Source of the DNA: Dehalococcoidia bacterium
GTDB taxonomy: Bacteria > Chloroflexota > Dehalococcoidia > Lucifugimonadales > Australimonadaceae
DNA length: 64,000 bases
Direction: 5' to 3'
Assembly (NCBI GenBank): GCA_965219425.1
Contig: OZ244741.1
Coordinates: forward strand, 2,077,330-2,141,329
Under the pieces are notes generated by a model that saw nothing but the letters and a program-made list of their open reading frames with translations, did not search any database and was not told the DNA's origin. This document shows, one piece after another, positions 8,961 through 16,793 of the stretch. Within the stretch, counting starts at the first letter, position 1, and the number at the start of each line of letters is the position of its first letter. The translations under genes were made by a program, and so were the position numbers.

Positions 8961-11303
8961 ATGAACCTCGGAGGTTTCATAGACACGTTCAAGGACGCCA
9001 TCGCCAGGAGGGTGGTGGAGTCCTACCCGCCGCTCTACCGGCCCTCGGAGAACGGCGGCACGCTCCCCAGGCTGCTCCGCAAGCCCCTGGGAGCGCAGGC
9101 CGACGCCATCAGGGGCGCGGCCCTATCGCTGAAGGCCCACCGGGGCACGACGGTAGTGGGCGAGATGGGCACCGGCAAGACCTTCATAGGAGCGGCCGCC
9201 GCATACATGGCGGGCTTCGAGCGGGTGCTCATCATCTGCCCGCCCCACCTGGTCCCCAAGTGGAAGCGGGAGGTGGAGATGACGGTGCCCGGCGTCCGCG
9301 CCGCCATCGTCGAGTCCATCACCGACCTGGAGCGGCTCCGCCTCTCCGTCGGCTCCGGCCCCCTCTTCGCGGTGATGAGCCGTGAGAAGGCCAAGCTGTC
9401 CTACCGCTGGATGCCCGCCGTGATACAGCGGTGGGCCGTCTCGAAGGGAAGGCTCCTGCGGGAGGAGGAGACGGGGGAGCCCTTCCGCATCCCCTGCTGT
9501 CCCGGCTGCACGGCGCAGATCGTGGACAAGGACGGCGTGCCCCTGACCGACGCCGACCTGAACCGCCGTAAGCACACCTGCGCCGGCTGCGGCGGCCCCC
9601 TCTGGCAGGCGGACAGGTCCGGCCCCGCCCGCTACCCGCTGGCCGACTACATCAAGCACCGGATGAAGGGCTTCTTCGACCTGCTTATCGGTGACGAGGT
9701 CCATGAGTTCAAGGGGCGAGGGAGCGCCCAGGGCATCGCCGCGGGCATCCTCGCCGACGTGTGCGGCAAGTCCCTCAGCCTCACCGGGACGCTCCTGGGA
9801 GGGTACTCCTCGACCATCTTCCACCTGCTCTACCGGTTCTCGCCGGAGATTCGCACGGAGTTCGGGCGGTCGGACGAGCACCGCTGGATACAGCGGTACG
9901 GCTTCGAGGAGGTCACCGTCGGCAAGCCCGACGACGACGCGGTGGAGGACGGGCGCAACAGCAGGAGGCGCAGCTACCGCAAGGTCACCAGGGAGAGGCC
10001 GGGACTCGTTCCCAGCGCCCTGTTCCACATCATCGGGAACACGGTGTTCCTGCGCCTCGCGGACGTTGCCTCCGGCCTGCCGGACTACGAGGAGAAGATC
10101 CTCGTGTCCTCGATGGACTCGGAGGAGGACGCCACGGGCTACTCCCAGCGCAGCGCCTACAACCACGTGTTCGAGGAGTTGAAGAAAGAGCTGACGAAGG
10201 CCCTCAAGAGCGGCTCCAAACGGCTGCTGGCGACCTACCTCCAGACCCTGTTGGCGTACCCCGACGGCTGCACCAGGGGAGAGACGGTGTTCGACCCTCG
10301 AACGGGCGATGTCATCGTCCAGGTCCCGCCCCTGTCCGAGGAGAAGCTCTACCCGAAGGAGAAGGCGCTCATCGACCTGGTGGCCGCCGAGCGGATGGAG
10401 GGACGGCGAGTGCTGGTCTACGTGACCCACACGGGGACGCGTGACATCACCGGGCGGATGGACGACTTCCTCACCCGGCACGGGTTCAGGGTGGCGGTGA
10501 TGAAGGCCGACGCGGTGGCCCCGAACCGCAGGGAGAAGTGGGTCGCCGACAAGGTGAACGAGGGCATAGATGTCCTCATCTGCCACCCCAGGTTGGTGCA
10601 GACCGGCCTCGACCTGATCGACTTCCCGACAATCGTCTGGGACGAAACGGATTACAGCGTTTATGTGGTCCGGCAGGCGTCGCGGCGGTCGTGGCGCATC
10701 GGGCAGACCCGCCCGGTGAAGGTGGTGTTCATGTCCTACCGGAACACGCTCCAGGCCGACGCGCTGAAGCTGGTGGCGAAGAAGATGCAGAGCTCCCTGG
10801 CCGTCGAGGGGGAGCTGCCGGAGGACGGGCTGGCCGCCTACGGCGACGACGGCGACGACATGATGATGGCGCTGGCCCGCAGGATCGTCAGCGGCGACGA
10901 GGAGGACACCGAGACGATGGAGGAGGTGTTCGCCCAGGCCAGGAATGCCGAGAGCGAGGCCGAGGAGCTGCTGGTGGACGACGGCTGGAAGGTCGTCGAG
11001 ATCGAGCCGGAAACGGTCTCGGTCAACGGGAATGGTAAGCACGCCAACGGCAACGGCCACCACGCCGACGGTATCGGGCCGACGGTCGAGCTTGTCCCGG
11101 CCAGCGGTCACGCCAACGGCAACGGAAACGGCCACCACGACGAGGCCCCGGAGCCGCAGCAGTCGCTGTTCTCCTGGGCGGAGTTCATGGCCGAGGAGCC
11201 GGTCAAGCCCAGGGGCCGCAAGACCCAGGCCCCGTCACTGTCCCTGTTCGCGTGGGCGGTGGAACAGGAGCGGGAGGAAGAGCCGGTCGGCGCAGGACGC
11301 TAG
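8961..11303 (+). CDS. SNF2/DEAD-like superfamily-2 helicase with zinc-ribbon insert
   Basis: GEMGTGKT (Walker A), GDEVHEFKG (DExH), QASRRSWRIGQTRPVKV (motif VI), CCPGC...CAGCG insert. NGNG(H/K)HA low-complexity tail. Confidence 0.85.
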   Translation: MNLGGFIDTFKDAIARRVVESYPPLYRPSENGGTLPRLLRKPLGAQADAIRGAALSLKAHRGTTVVGEMGTGKTFIGAAAAYMAGFERVLIICPPHLVPKWKREVEMTVPGVRAAIVESITDLERLRLSVGSGPLFAVMSREKAKLSYRWMPAVIQRWAVSKGRLLREEETGEPFRIPCCPGCTAQIVDKDGVPLTDADLNRRKHTCAGCGGPLWQADRSGPARYPLADYIKHRMKGFFDLLIGDEVHEFKGRGSAQGIAAGILADVCGKSLSLTGTLLGGYSSTIFHLLYRFSPEIRTEFGRSDEHRWIQRYGFEEVTVGKPDDDAVEDGRNSRRRSYRKVTRERPGLVPSALFHIIGNTVFLRLADVASGLPDYEEKILVSSMDSEEDATGYSQRSAYNHVFEELKKELTKALKSGSKRLLATYLQTLLAYPDGCTRGETVFDPRTGDVIVQVPPLSEEKLYPKEKALIDLVAAERMEGRRVLVYVTHTGTRDITGRMDDFLTRHGFRVAVMKADAVAPNRREKWVADKVNEGIDVLICHPRLVQTGLDLIDFPTIVWDETDYSVYVVRQASRRSWRIGQTRPVKVVFMSYRNTLQADALKLVAKKMQSSLAVEGELPEDGLAAYGDDGDDMMMALARRIVSGDEEDTETMEEVFAQARNAESEAEELLVDDGWKVVEIEPETVSVNGNGKHANGNGHHADGIGPTVELVPASGHANGNGNGHHDEAPEPQQSLFSWAEFMAEEPVKPRGRKTQAPSLSLFAWAVEQEREEEPVGAGR

Positions 11304-11400
11304 ACCGCAAGGACACGGGAGAGGTCGTCGCCAGTGGAGCGGCGGCCTCCCCGCAGGTGGAAACGCAGCGAAACACAACACGCATAAAGGAGATGAACCA

Positions 11401-11607
11401 ATGGCACGCATCTTTGTCTACGACGACCGCGAGTTCCCAGACCCCGACCCCCAGATGAGCGTCGACCAGGTCAAGGCCACGCTCTCCGATTTCTACGGGG
11501 AGATCGCCAACGCCTCGGTGAAGGAGACCAAGCGGGGCGACGACACCATCTACGAGTTCCAGCGGCGGGTGGGCACCAAGGGGGCCTGCACCCACGCAAG
11601 GAGCTAG
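11401..11607 (+). CDS. PRTRC system protein C-like ubiquitin-like (beta-grasp) protein
   Basis: About 68 aa. FPDPDPQMSVDQVKATLSDFYGEI...IYEFQRRVGTKG matches my recollection of the PRTRC_C consensus ending GTKG. Here it is followed by 7 extra residues. Confidence 0.75.
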   Translation: MARIFVYDDREFPDPDPQMSVDQVKATLSDFYGEIANASVKETKRGDDTIYEFQRRVGTKGACTHARS

Positions 11608-11620
11608 GGGAGGGAGTCCG

Positions 11621-11851
11621 ATGGACAACCGGATATTCACCGGCCTGCTGGCGGCGACCCCGCCTGCGGGCCTCAGCATCCTGGAGCTCACGGCGGAGCT
11701 CACACGGCCCGACGGCTCCTTCGACCTGGACGCCGCGGCCGCACGGCAGAAGGACGTGGAGATGGCCTGCACCCAGGCCCAGGACTACGCCTCGGCAACG
11801 GGGCGGCTACTGGAGGCGCTGCGATGGCAACTGCGGCCCCGGCGCAACTGA
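11621..11851 (+). CDS. hypothetical protein
   Basis: 76-aa ORF after GGGGAGGGAG, within the cassette. Confidence 0.4.
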   Translation: MDNRIFTGLLAATPPAGLSILELTAELTRPDGSFDLDAAAARQKDVEMACTQAQDYASATGRLLEALRWQLRPRRN

Positions 11852-12672
11852 GCGGCCTGGCGAACCTGCTCCTGCGGCGTCCGCCGTCGCTGCGGGAGCT
11901 GGTCACGCTGGTCGGATACGCCGACGACTACGCATGGTTCGTGGGGCTGGTGCGCCGCCTCTTCCCCCAGGAGGCGGAGGCGGCGCTGGCGGCCCCCGAC
12001 GTACGCGGGAGGGTGGAGCGCTTCGCCGGGCTCTTCGGGGAGCGGCACTTCCCCCTCTACGCGCCGTTCATCGAGTTCTGGACGGAGGAGGAGGAGGGGG
12101 AACAACCTCCGTGGTCATGGCTGAGGCAGGGCATCCCCTTCGACCTGATGGGCTTCGGCTACGACGGCCTCCACGAGATGTGGGACGGCTACCGCGAGGG
12201 ACTCTCGGCCATGGCCCTGCTGGTCAAGCCCGCCGACGCCTACTACGACGGACCCGACGGGATACGGGTGGCCTGGCTGGAGTCAGCCGCCGAACGCATC
12301 CCGCAAGAGACCCTGCTCCGAATCCCCGAAGGCGGAATACCCCTGGACGACCTCACCGACGCGCTGAAGGAGACCCGTTTCGAGGGGGCGGCGCAAGCCT
12401 GCTCCTGGGTCATGGCCGAGACCGGCAACTTCTTCCTCGACCACACCTATGAGGACGGATCGTACGACGGCTTCTCCGACCCTTGGGACGACGACATCAT
12501 CCAGGAAGGGACGGAGGAGTGGCGCAAGGCCAGCGCCCTCATGGACGCGGTGTGCAAGCTGGGCGACTGGCTGGAGGAGGACCTACCCGGCCGCTTCGCC
12601 GAGATGCTGGACTTCGTCCTGGGGCGGCTCCCCAATCACAAACAAGAACAGGAGGTAAGTGATGACGAGTGA
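11824..12672 (+). CDS. hypothetical acidic protein (possibly PRTRC protein F-like)
   Basis: 282-aa ORF between the Ubl and E2-like genes. Assignment by position only. Confidence 0.45.
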   Translation: MATAAPAQLSGLANLLLRRPPSLRELVTLVGYADDYAWFVGLVRRLFPQEAEAALAAPDVRGRVERFAGLFGERHFPLYAPFIEFWTEEEEGEQPPWSWLRQGIPFDLMGFGYDGLHEMWDGYREGLSAMALLVKPADAYYDGPDGIRVAWLESAAERIPQETLLRIPEGGIPLDDLTDALKETRFEGAAQACSWVMAETGNFFLDHTYEDGSYDGFSDPWDDDIIQEGTEEWRKASALMDAVCKLGDWLEEDLPGRFAEMLDFVLGRLPNHKQEQEVSDDE

Positions 12673-13366
12673 TGCCGAAAATACCGAGTGGTCCCTGCCG
12701 GGTCCGGCGGACGCGGCAAGGGACGAGCTCCAGATGCAACTGGAGGTCTACAAGGAGACCATCCTGCTGCGGGGCTTCGAGAGCGACTCAAACTGGGTGA
12801 GGACCGTCTCGGCGGACGCCATCGCCAACGTATTCACCCAGCACTTGGGGTTCTCCTCGGGGCTGCTGCCCCAGGAGGCCCTCTGGTGGAACCAGGGCGA
12901 GACCGGGCAGGTGGTGGCCCTCTGGCGGCCGCCGCAGGTCTGGTCCGTGGCCCTGCAACGGGAGGCGTTCAAGCCCCCCGCACGGCTCCGGCTTCCCATG
13001 CCGGGGCTGGTCTTCGTCTGCTCGCCGGGCCGTGCGCCCTGGGCCTACGCGGCGCTTGGCCGGCCCACTGACCCCGAGCATCTCCTCTTTCGGGCCCCCG
13101 CCTTCAACGTCTTCAGGGACGGTCGGGTCTGCCCCGGAAGCCACAGGTTCCCCGAGGAGGTGGACCTGATACCGGAAGGCTTCTTCCAGTCCTTCTTCTC
13201 CCTTACCGGAGACACCCGGGACCGCTCGAAGAAGCACCCCGACAACCTGCAAGCACTATGGGAGGAGCTCGATGGAACAACTGTATACCCGACTGAGGAC
13301 CTGGTTCCCCAGTGCACGGTGGGCCAGGCGATGGCGGTCTCCGAGGGGAGACGGGGCTACCGCTAG
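12659..13366 (+). CDS. PRTRC system protein B-like, E2-like
   Basis: Size and position fit PRTRC_B. PAFNVFRDGRVCPGSH resembles the E2 HPN..G.(I/V)C catalytic loop. Confidence 0.65.
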   Translation: MMTSDAENTEWSLPGPADAARDELQMQLEVYKETILLRGFESDSNWVRTVSADAIANVFTQHLGFSSGLLPQEALWWNQGETGQVVALWRPPQVWSVALQREAFKPPARLRLPMPGLVFVCSPGRAPWAYAALGRPTDPEHLLFRAPAFNVFRDGRVCPGSHRFPEEVDLIPEGFFQSFFSLTGDTRDRSKKHPDNLQALWEELDGTTVYPTEDLVPQCTVGQAMAVSEGRRGYR

Positions 13367-13382
13367 CCCCCCGCCGGGGCCG

Positions 13383-14045
13383 GTGGGCTACCTGGTCAAC
13401 CACCCCGCCGGACTCTCCGGCTCACAGGGCATCGGGTTCGACTACGTGCTCGGATCGGGCGGTCTCTACGTCCAGTCCGAGAGCGCCCACCTGACGGCGC
13501 GAGCGCAGGTCGCATCCTGCGAGGTACGGGGCCTGGCTCCCGTGACCGAGAAGGTGGAGCTTGCCCACGGCCCCATCCCGTCCCGGCTCTTCGAGTTTGG
13601 CCTGCGCTGGTTCCAGGACGACTTCGGCACCGAGCGGTTCTTCGCCGTGCGGTGGGACGGGCGAGCCTACCGGCTGGTGGTTCCCGAACAGGAAGGGACG
13701 GCTTCGTCCCTCACCTACACGCCGCCCGCCGGGGTGGTCGCCGAGTTCCACTCCCACGGAAGCTCCCGCGCCTTCTTCTCGAAGACCGACGACGGCGACG
13801 AGCAGGGCTTCCGCATCTACGGCGTCGTGGGACGCCTCGACAGCGACCGGCCCAAGCTGAGCCTGCGGGTCGGCGTCTACGGCCACTTCGCCCCGGTGGA
13901 GTGGCCCCAGGTGTTCGACGGCCCAGTTCCGGGCGTCCGGCTGACGGGCGAAGAGCCGGATTCAAACGAGGCAAGAGAAAAGGAGGTGACTGAGAAATGC
14001 CCTACTACCTGGACAACGCATTCCTGCTCGACAACCCCTGGATAA
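13383..14045 (+). CDS. PRTRC system protein A-like JAB/MPN peptidase
   Basis: AEFHSHGSSRAFFSKTDDGDE is a JAMM H-x-H...S..D motif. GTG start chosen after the upstream stop (uncertain). Confidence 0.7.
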   Translation: MGYLVNHPAGLSGSQGIGFDYVLGSGGLYVQSESAHLTARAQVASCEVRGLAPVTEKVELAHGPIPSRLFEFGLRWFQDDFGTERFFAVRWDGRAYRLVVPEQEGTASSLTYTPPAGVVAEFHSHGSSRAFFSKTDDGDEQGFRIYGVVGRLDSDRPKLSLRVGVYGHFAPVEWPQVFDGPVPGVRLTGEEPDSNEAREKEVTEKCPTTWTTHSCSTTPG

Positions 14046-14812
14046 CGGTGGTCGGCTGCGGCGGGACCGGCGGCTTCGTCGCCGAGGGTCTCTGCCGACT
14101 CTTCCAGGGACGGGAGGCCACCATCGTCCTGGTCGACCACGACCGGGTGGAGCCCCACAACCTGCTGCGCCAGAACTTCTACGCCGAGGACGTGGGGAAG
14201 TTCAAAAGCCAGGCTCTCGCCGACCGGCTGGCAAAAGCGTACCGGCGTCCCGTCGGCTACTCGGTGTACGCCTTCCGGGAAGAGGACTCCCGCTCGGATG
14301 GGGGCCGCTATCCCGGCCTTCCCCACTACGGGAACAGCCTCATCATCGGCTGCGCCGACAACGCCGCAGCTCGCAGGGCGATGGCGGAGTCCCTGCCGGG
14401 CGACCCGCGCCGGTGGCTCATCGACGCGGGCAACGACACCAACTGGGGGCAGGTACTTATAGGCAACGTCGCCGACCGGGACTTTGGGGACGAACAAGCC
14501 TTCGTCGACCAGACCTGCTACCTGCTCCCCGCGCCTACGGTGCAGCGGCCCGACCTGCTGACCGCCGTGTCGACCACGCCTCCCGACGTGGACTGCGCGG
14601 CGGCCCTCGACCTCACCGACCAGGACCCGACCATCAACCAGATGATGGCGTCGCTGGCGCTACAGGTGGTCCGCCGCATGGTGGCGGGCTCCTGCCCCTT
14701 CATGGGCCTCTACCTGGACATGGAGCAGGGCACGGTCACCCCCACGTATGCCACCCCGGAGACGGTGGCGCGGGTGGTGCGGTCTGGCTCCGAGCCGGGG
14801 ATAGCGTCCTAG
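13997..14812 (+). CDS. PRTRC ThiF-family E1-like adenylyltransferase
   Basis: VVGCGGTGGFVAEGL...LVDHDRVEPHNLLRQNFYAEDVGKFKSQALADRL is the ThiF/MoeB/E1 Rossmann signature. Confidence 0.85.
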   Translation: MPYYLDNAFLLDNPWITVVGCGGTGGFVAEGLCRLFQGREATIVLVDHDRVEPHNLLRQNFYAEDVGKFKSQALADRLAKAYRRPVGYSVYAFREEDSRSDGGRYPGLPHYGNSLIIGCADNAAARRAMAESLPGDPRRWLIDAGNDTNWGQVLIGNVADRDFGDEQAFVDQTCYLLPAPTVQRPDLLTAVSTTPPDVDCAAALDLTDQDPTINQMMASLALQVVRRMVAGSCPFMGLYLDMEQGTVTPTYATPETVARVVRSGSEPGIAS

Positions 14813-14861
14813 TGACCAACGCTCAACAGACGCATTCAAAGACGGAAATAAGGAGAAAACC

Positions 14862-15245
14862 ATGCCTAACGAAAAGGGAACCACCACGATCTGGCAGGAC
14901 AACCACAGCGGGCCTCGCAGGCACAAGCTGATGACCAAAGAGCTTGCTGACACCATCCCGCCCCTGTACGCCAATGACGGCGCGGACGACCCCGACGCCG
15001 TGGTCGCCAGGGTGAAGCTCTTCTCGCCTTACAACGGCTGGCGCTGGTACGTCACCGAGTGGGACGCCGAGACCGGAACGTGCTTCGGCCTGGTGGAGGG
15101 GTTCGAAGTGGAACTTGGATACTTCGACCTCACCGAGCTGGCGGAAGTCACCGTGTTCGGCGGCGTCCCCGCCGTGGAGCGCGACCTGTACTGGGAGCCG
15201 CAGACCCTCGGCGAGATCAGGAGACAGTCGAGGCTCGCAGCCTGA
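14862..15245 (+). CDS. DUF2958-like protein (common on conjugative elements)
   Basis: KLFSPYNGWRWYVTEWDAETGTCFGLVEGFEVELGYFDLTELAEV...ERDLYWEPQTLGEI fits the DUF2958 pattern as I recall it. Confidence 0.7.
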   Translation: MPNEKGTTTIWQDNHSGPRRHKLMTKELADTIPPLYANDGADDPDAVVARVKLFSPYNGWRWYVTEWDAETGTCFGLVEGFEVELGYFDLTELAEVTVFGGVPAVERDLYWEPQTLGEIRRQSRLAA

Positions 15246-15281
15246 GCAAGGGCCAGAGAAGAAACAACGAAAGGAGCAACC

Positions 15282-15779
15282 ATGCCAGACGAAGTTGGAA
15301 CGGAAGCAACCCGCTCGGACGCCCCGAGCGCAGACGACAGTCTCTTCGGTGAAGCGGCGGACGACACGGAAGCCGCGGTTGCCGACGAGCAGGACGCCAA
15401 CGAGGAGACCGCACAGGACGCACAGGGTTCCGACGACGCCGGAGAGCAGGACGCTGGGGACGACACCGGCGCGTCCGAGGACCTGAAGGTCGTCGTGTCC
15501 ATCAAGGGAGGCAGGGCCACCATCGGGGTGCAACAGCCCTCGTCGGACCCGCACATCGAGATCTTCGACGACCACGACCTGGCCGGACTGGCGCAGGAGG
15601 TCCTAGCGGTGAGCGAGAGAGCCAAAGCCAGGTGGGAAGACACACCCAAATTCCCGGCGCACGAGAAACCCGCTCCCCCGGCTAGGCGTCGGAACCGCAG
15701 CGGGCAGGGAACGGCGCAGGCTGAGGCTGCCGAGGGTGAGACGGAGCAGCAGCAACCCGAGACGCTGAGGTTGTTCTAG
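15282..15779 (+). CDS. acidic hypothetical protein (possibly PRTRC protein E-like)
   Basis: 165 aa with a highly acidic N-terminal half. Positional assignment only. Confidence 0.45.
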   Translation: MPDEVGTEATRSDAPSADDSLFGEAADDTEAAVADEQDANEETAQDAQGSDDAGEQDAGDDTGASEDLKVVVSIKGGRATIGVQQPSSDPHIEIFDDHDLAGLAQEVLAVSERAKARWEDTPKFPAHEKPAPPARRRNRSGQGTAQAEAAEGETEQQQPETLRLF

Positions 15780-15793
15780 GGCTCGGCGCATAC

Positions 15794-15828
15794 GGGGGGA
15801 GGACACCGCGATGTGATGTCCTCCCCCC
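15794..15828 (+). terminator. strong GC hairpin after the acidic-protein gene
   Basis: GGGGGGAGGACA (15794-15805) pairs with TGTCCTCCCCCC (15817-15828). Confidence 0.55.
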
Positions 15829-15836
15829 GCCATTCA

Positions 15837-15904
15837 ATGTATGCGGCCCTTTTTGCGTTTCGGGCCGCTTTCGCGCCCATGTATGCGGGCCTTTTGCATT
15901 TCGG
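15837..15904 (+). repeat. two copies of a 26-27 nt iteron-like motif
   Basis: ATGTATGCGGCCCTTTTTGCGTTTCGG (15837-15863) and ATGTATGCGGGCCTTTTGCATTTCGG (15879-15904). Confidence 0.7.
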
Positions 15905-15919
15905 AAGGAGGAGGAACAC

Positions 15920-16267
15920 ATGAAATCACGAGACGATAGGCCATTCGAGTTGAAGCGAGAAGACACCAGGACCGGGGAGGTGACTGAGATGCACCTGTTC
16001 GACACTGATGCCAGAGAGGAGAAGGCCCTCTGCGGAGCCGACACTTCAGCCGACGACCGGATTGGTGTGGACTACTACTTGGAGCGGCGAAAGGATGACC
16101 TTGAGGTTGGGACCGTTTGCGAGGGGTGCAAGGCCCAGACCGTCCCCTTCGCGGTGAACCGCAGCCGTGACAAGGAAGCCGAAGGTCGGCTGGACGAGGC
16201 GGATGAGTATCGGCAGCTTGCCGACACCCTCGTGAGGGAGACCGGTCTGGGACGGTTCTCGGGCTAG
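15920..16267 (+). CDS. hypothetical protein
   Basis: 115-aa ORF after GGAAGGAGGAGG. Flanked by the iteron-like motifs. Confidence 0.5.
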   Translation: MKSRDDRPFELKREDTRTGEVTEMHLFDTDAREEKALCGADTSADDRIGVDYYLERRKDDLEVGTVCEGCKAQTVPFAVNRSRDKEAEGRLDEADEYRQLADTLVRETGLGRFSG

Positions 16268-16286
16268 GAGAGCAGCCCGTTCGCCC

Positions 16287-16312
16287 ATATGTGCGCCCTT
16301 TTTGCATTTCAG
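16287..16312 (+). repeat. third copy of the iteron-like motif
   Basis: ATATGTGCGCCCTTTTTGCATTTCAG. Confidence 0.6.
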
Positions 16313-16349
16313 CTGCTGTGGTCGCGGGCCGCTTCCCCGCCAAGCCGCC

Positions 16350-16595
16350 TCAGCCGGTGAACAGGTGACCGAGGTCCAGGTCGTCTGCCAGGTCCTGAAG
16401 CGCCTTCAGATGCCGATAGTTGGGACGCACTCCTCGCTGCCACCAACGCCTTACGGTGACGGGATCGACGCCGAGACGACGGGCGATCTCCACCCATGAC
16501 AGACCGGACGCGTGCTTGAACCACACCAGCCGCTGCGGGAAGTCGTCTGGGAAGCCGTGGGACTTTGTCCTGTACTGTGTGCGCTGTCTCGGCAT
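16350..16595 (-). CDS. helix-turn-helix DNA-binding protein
   Basis: GLSWVEIARRLGVDPVTVRRWWQRG is a typical HTH. Internal ATG (MPRQRT...) of the 16350..16727 ORF. Confidence 0.6.
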   Translation of the reverse strand: MPRQRTQYRTKSHGFPDDFPQRLVWFKHASGLSWVEIARRLGVDPVTVRRWWQRGVRPNYRHLKALQDLADDLDLGHLFTG

Positions 16596-16742
16596 GGACG
16601 CCGGTCCTTGCCACGGAAAGCCGCAATCCACTCTGCGATGGGGTGTCCGGGCCGTCAGCCGCGCAGTGCGTAAGCAAGCCCGCCGTCCCGCCCCCGCAGC
16701 TTGGGCGCATCCATGTCGGGAGGCCATCTCCCTCTCCCGGCG

Positions 16743-16769
16743 ATGTATGCGGCCTTTCTTGTTGTCAGG
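16743..16769 (+). repeat. fourth, more diverged copy of the iteron-like motif
   Basis: ATGTATGCGGCCTTTCTTGTTGTCAGG. Confidence 0.5.
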
Positions 16770-16793
16770 AAGACCGAGCGATTGGCCTCCCCC

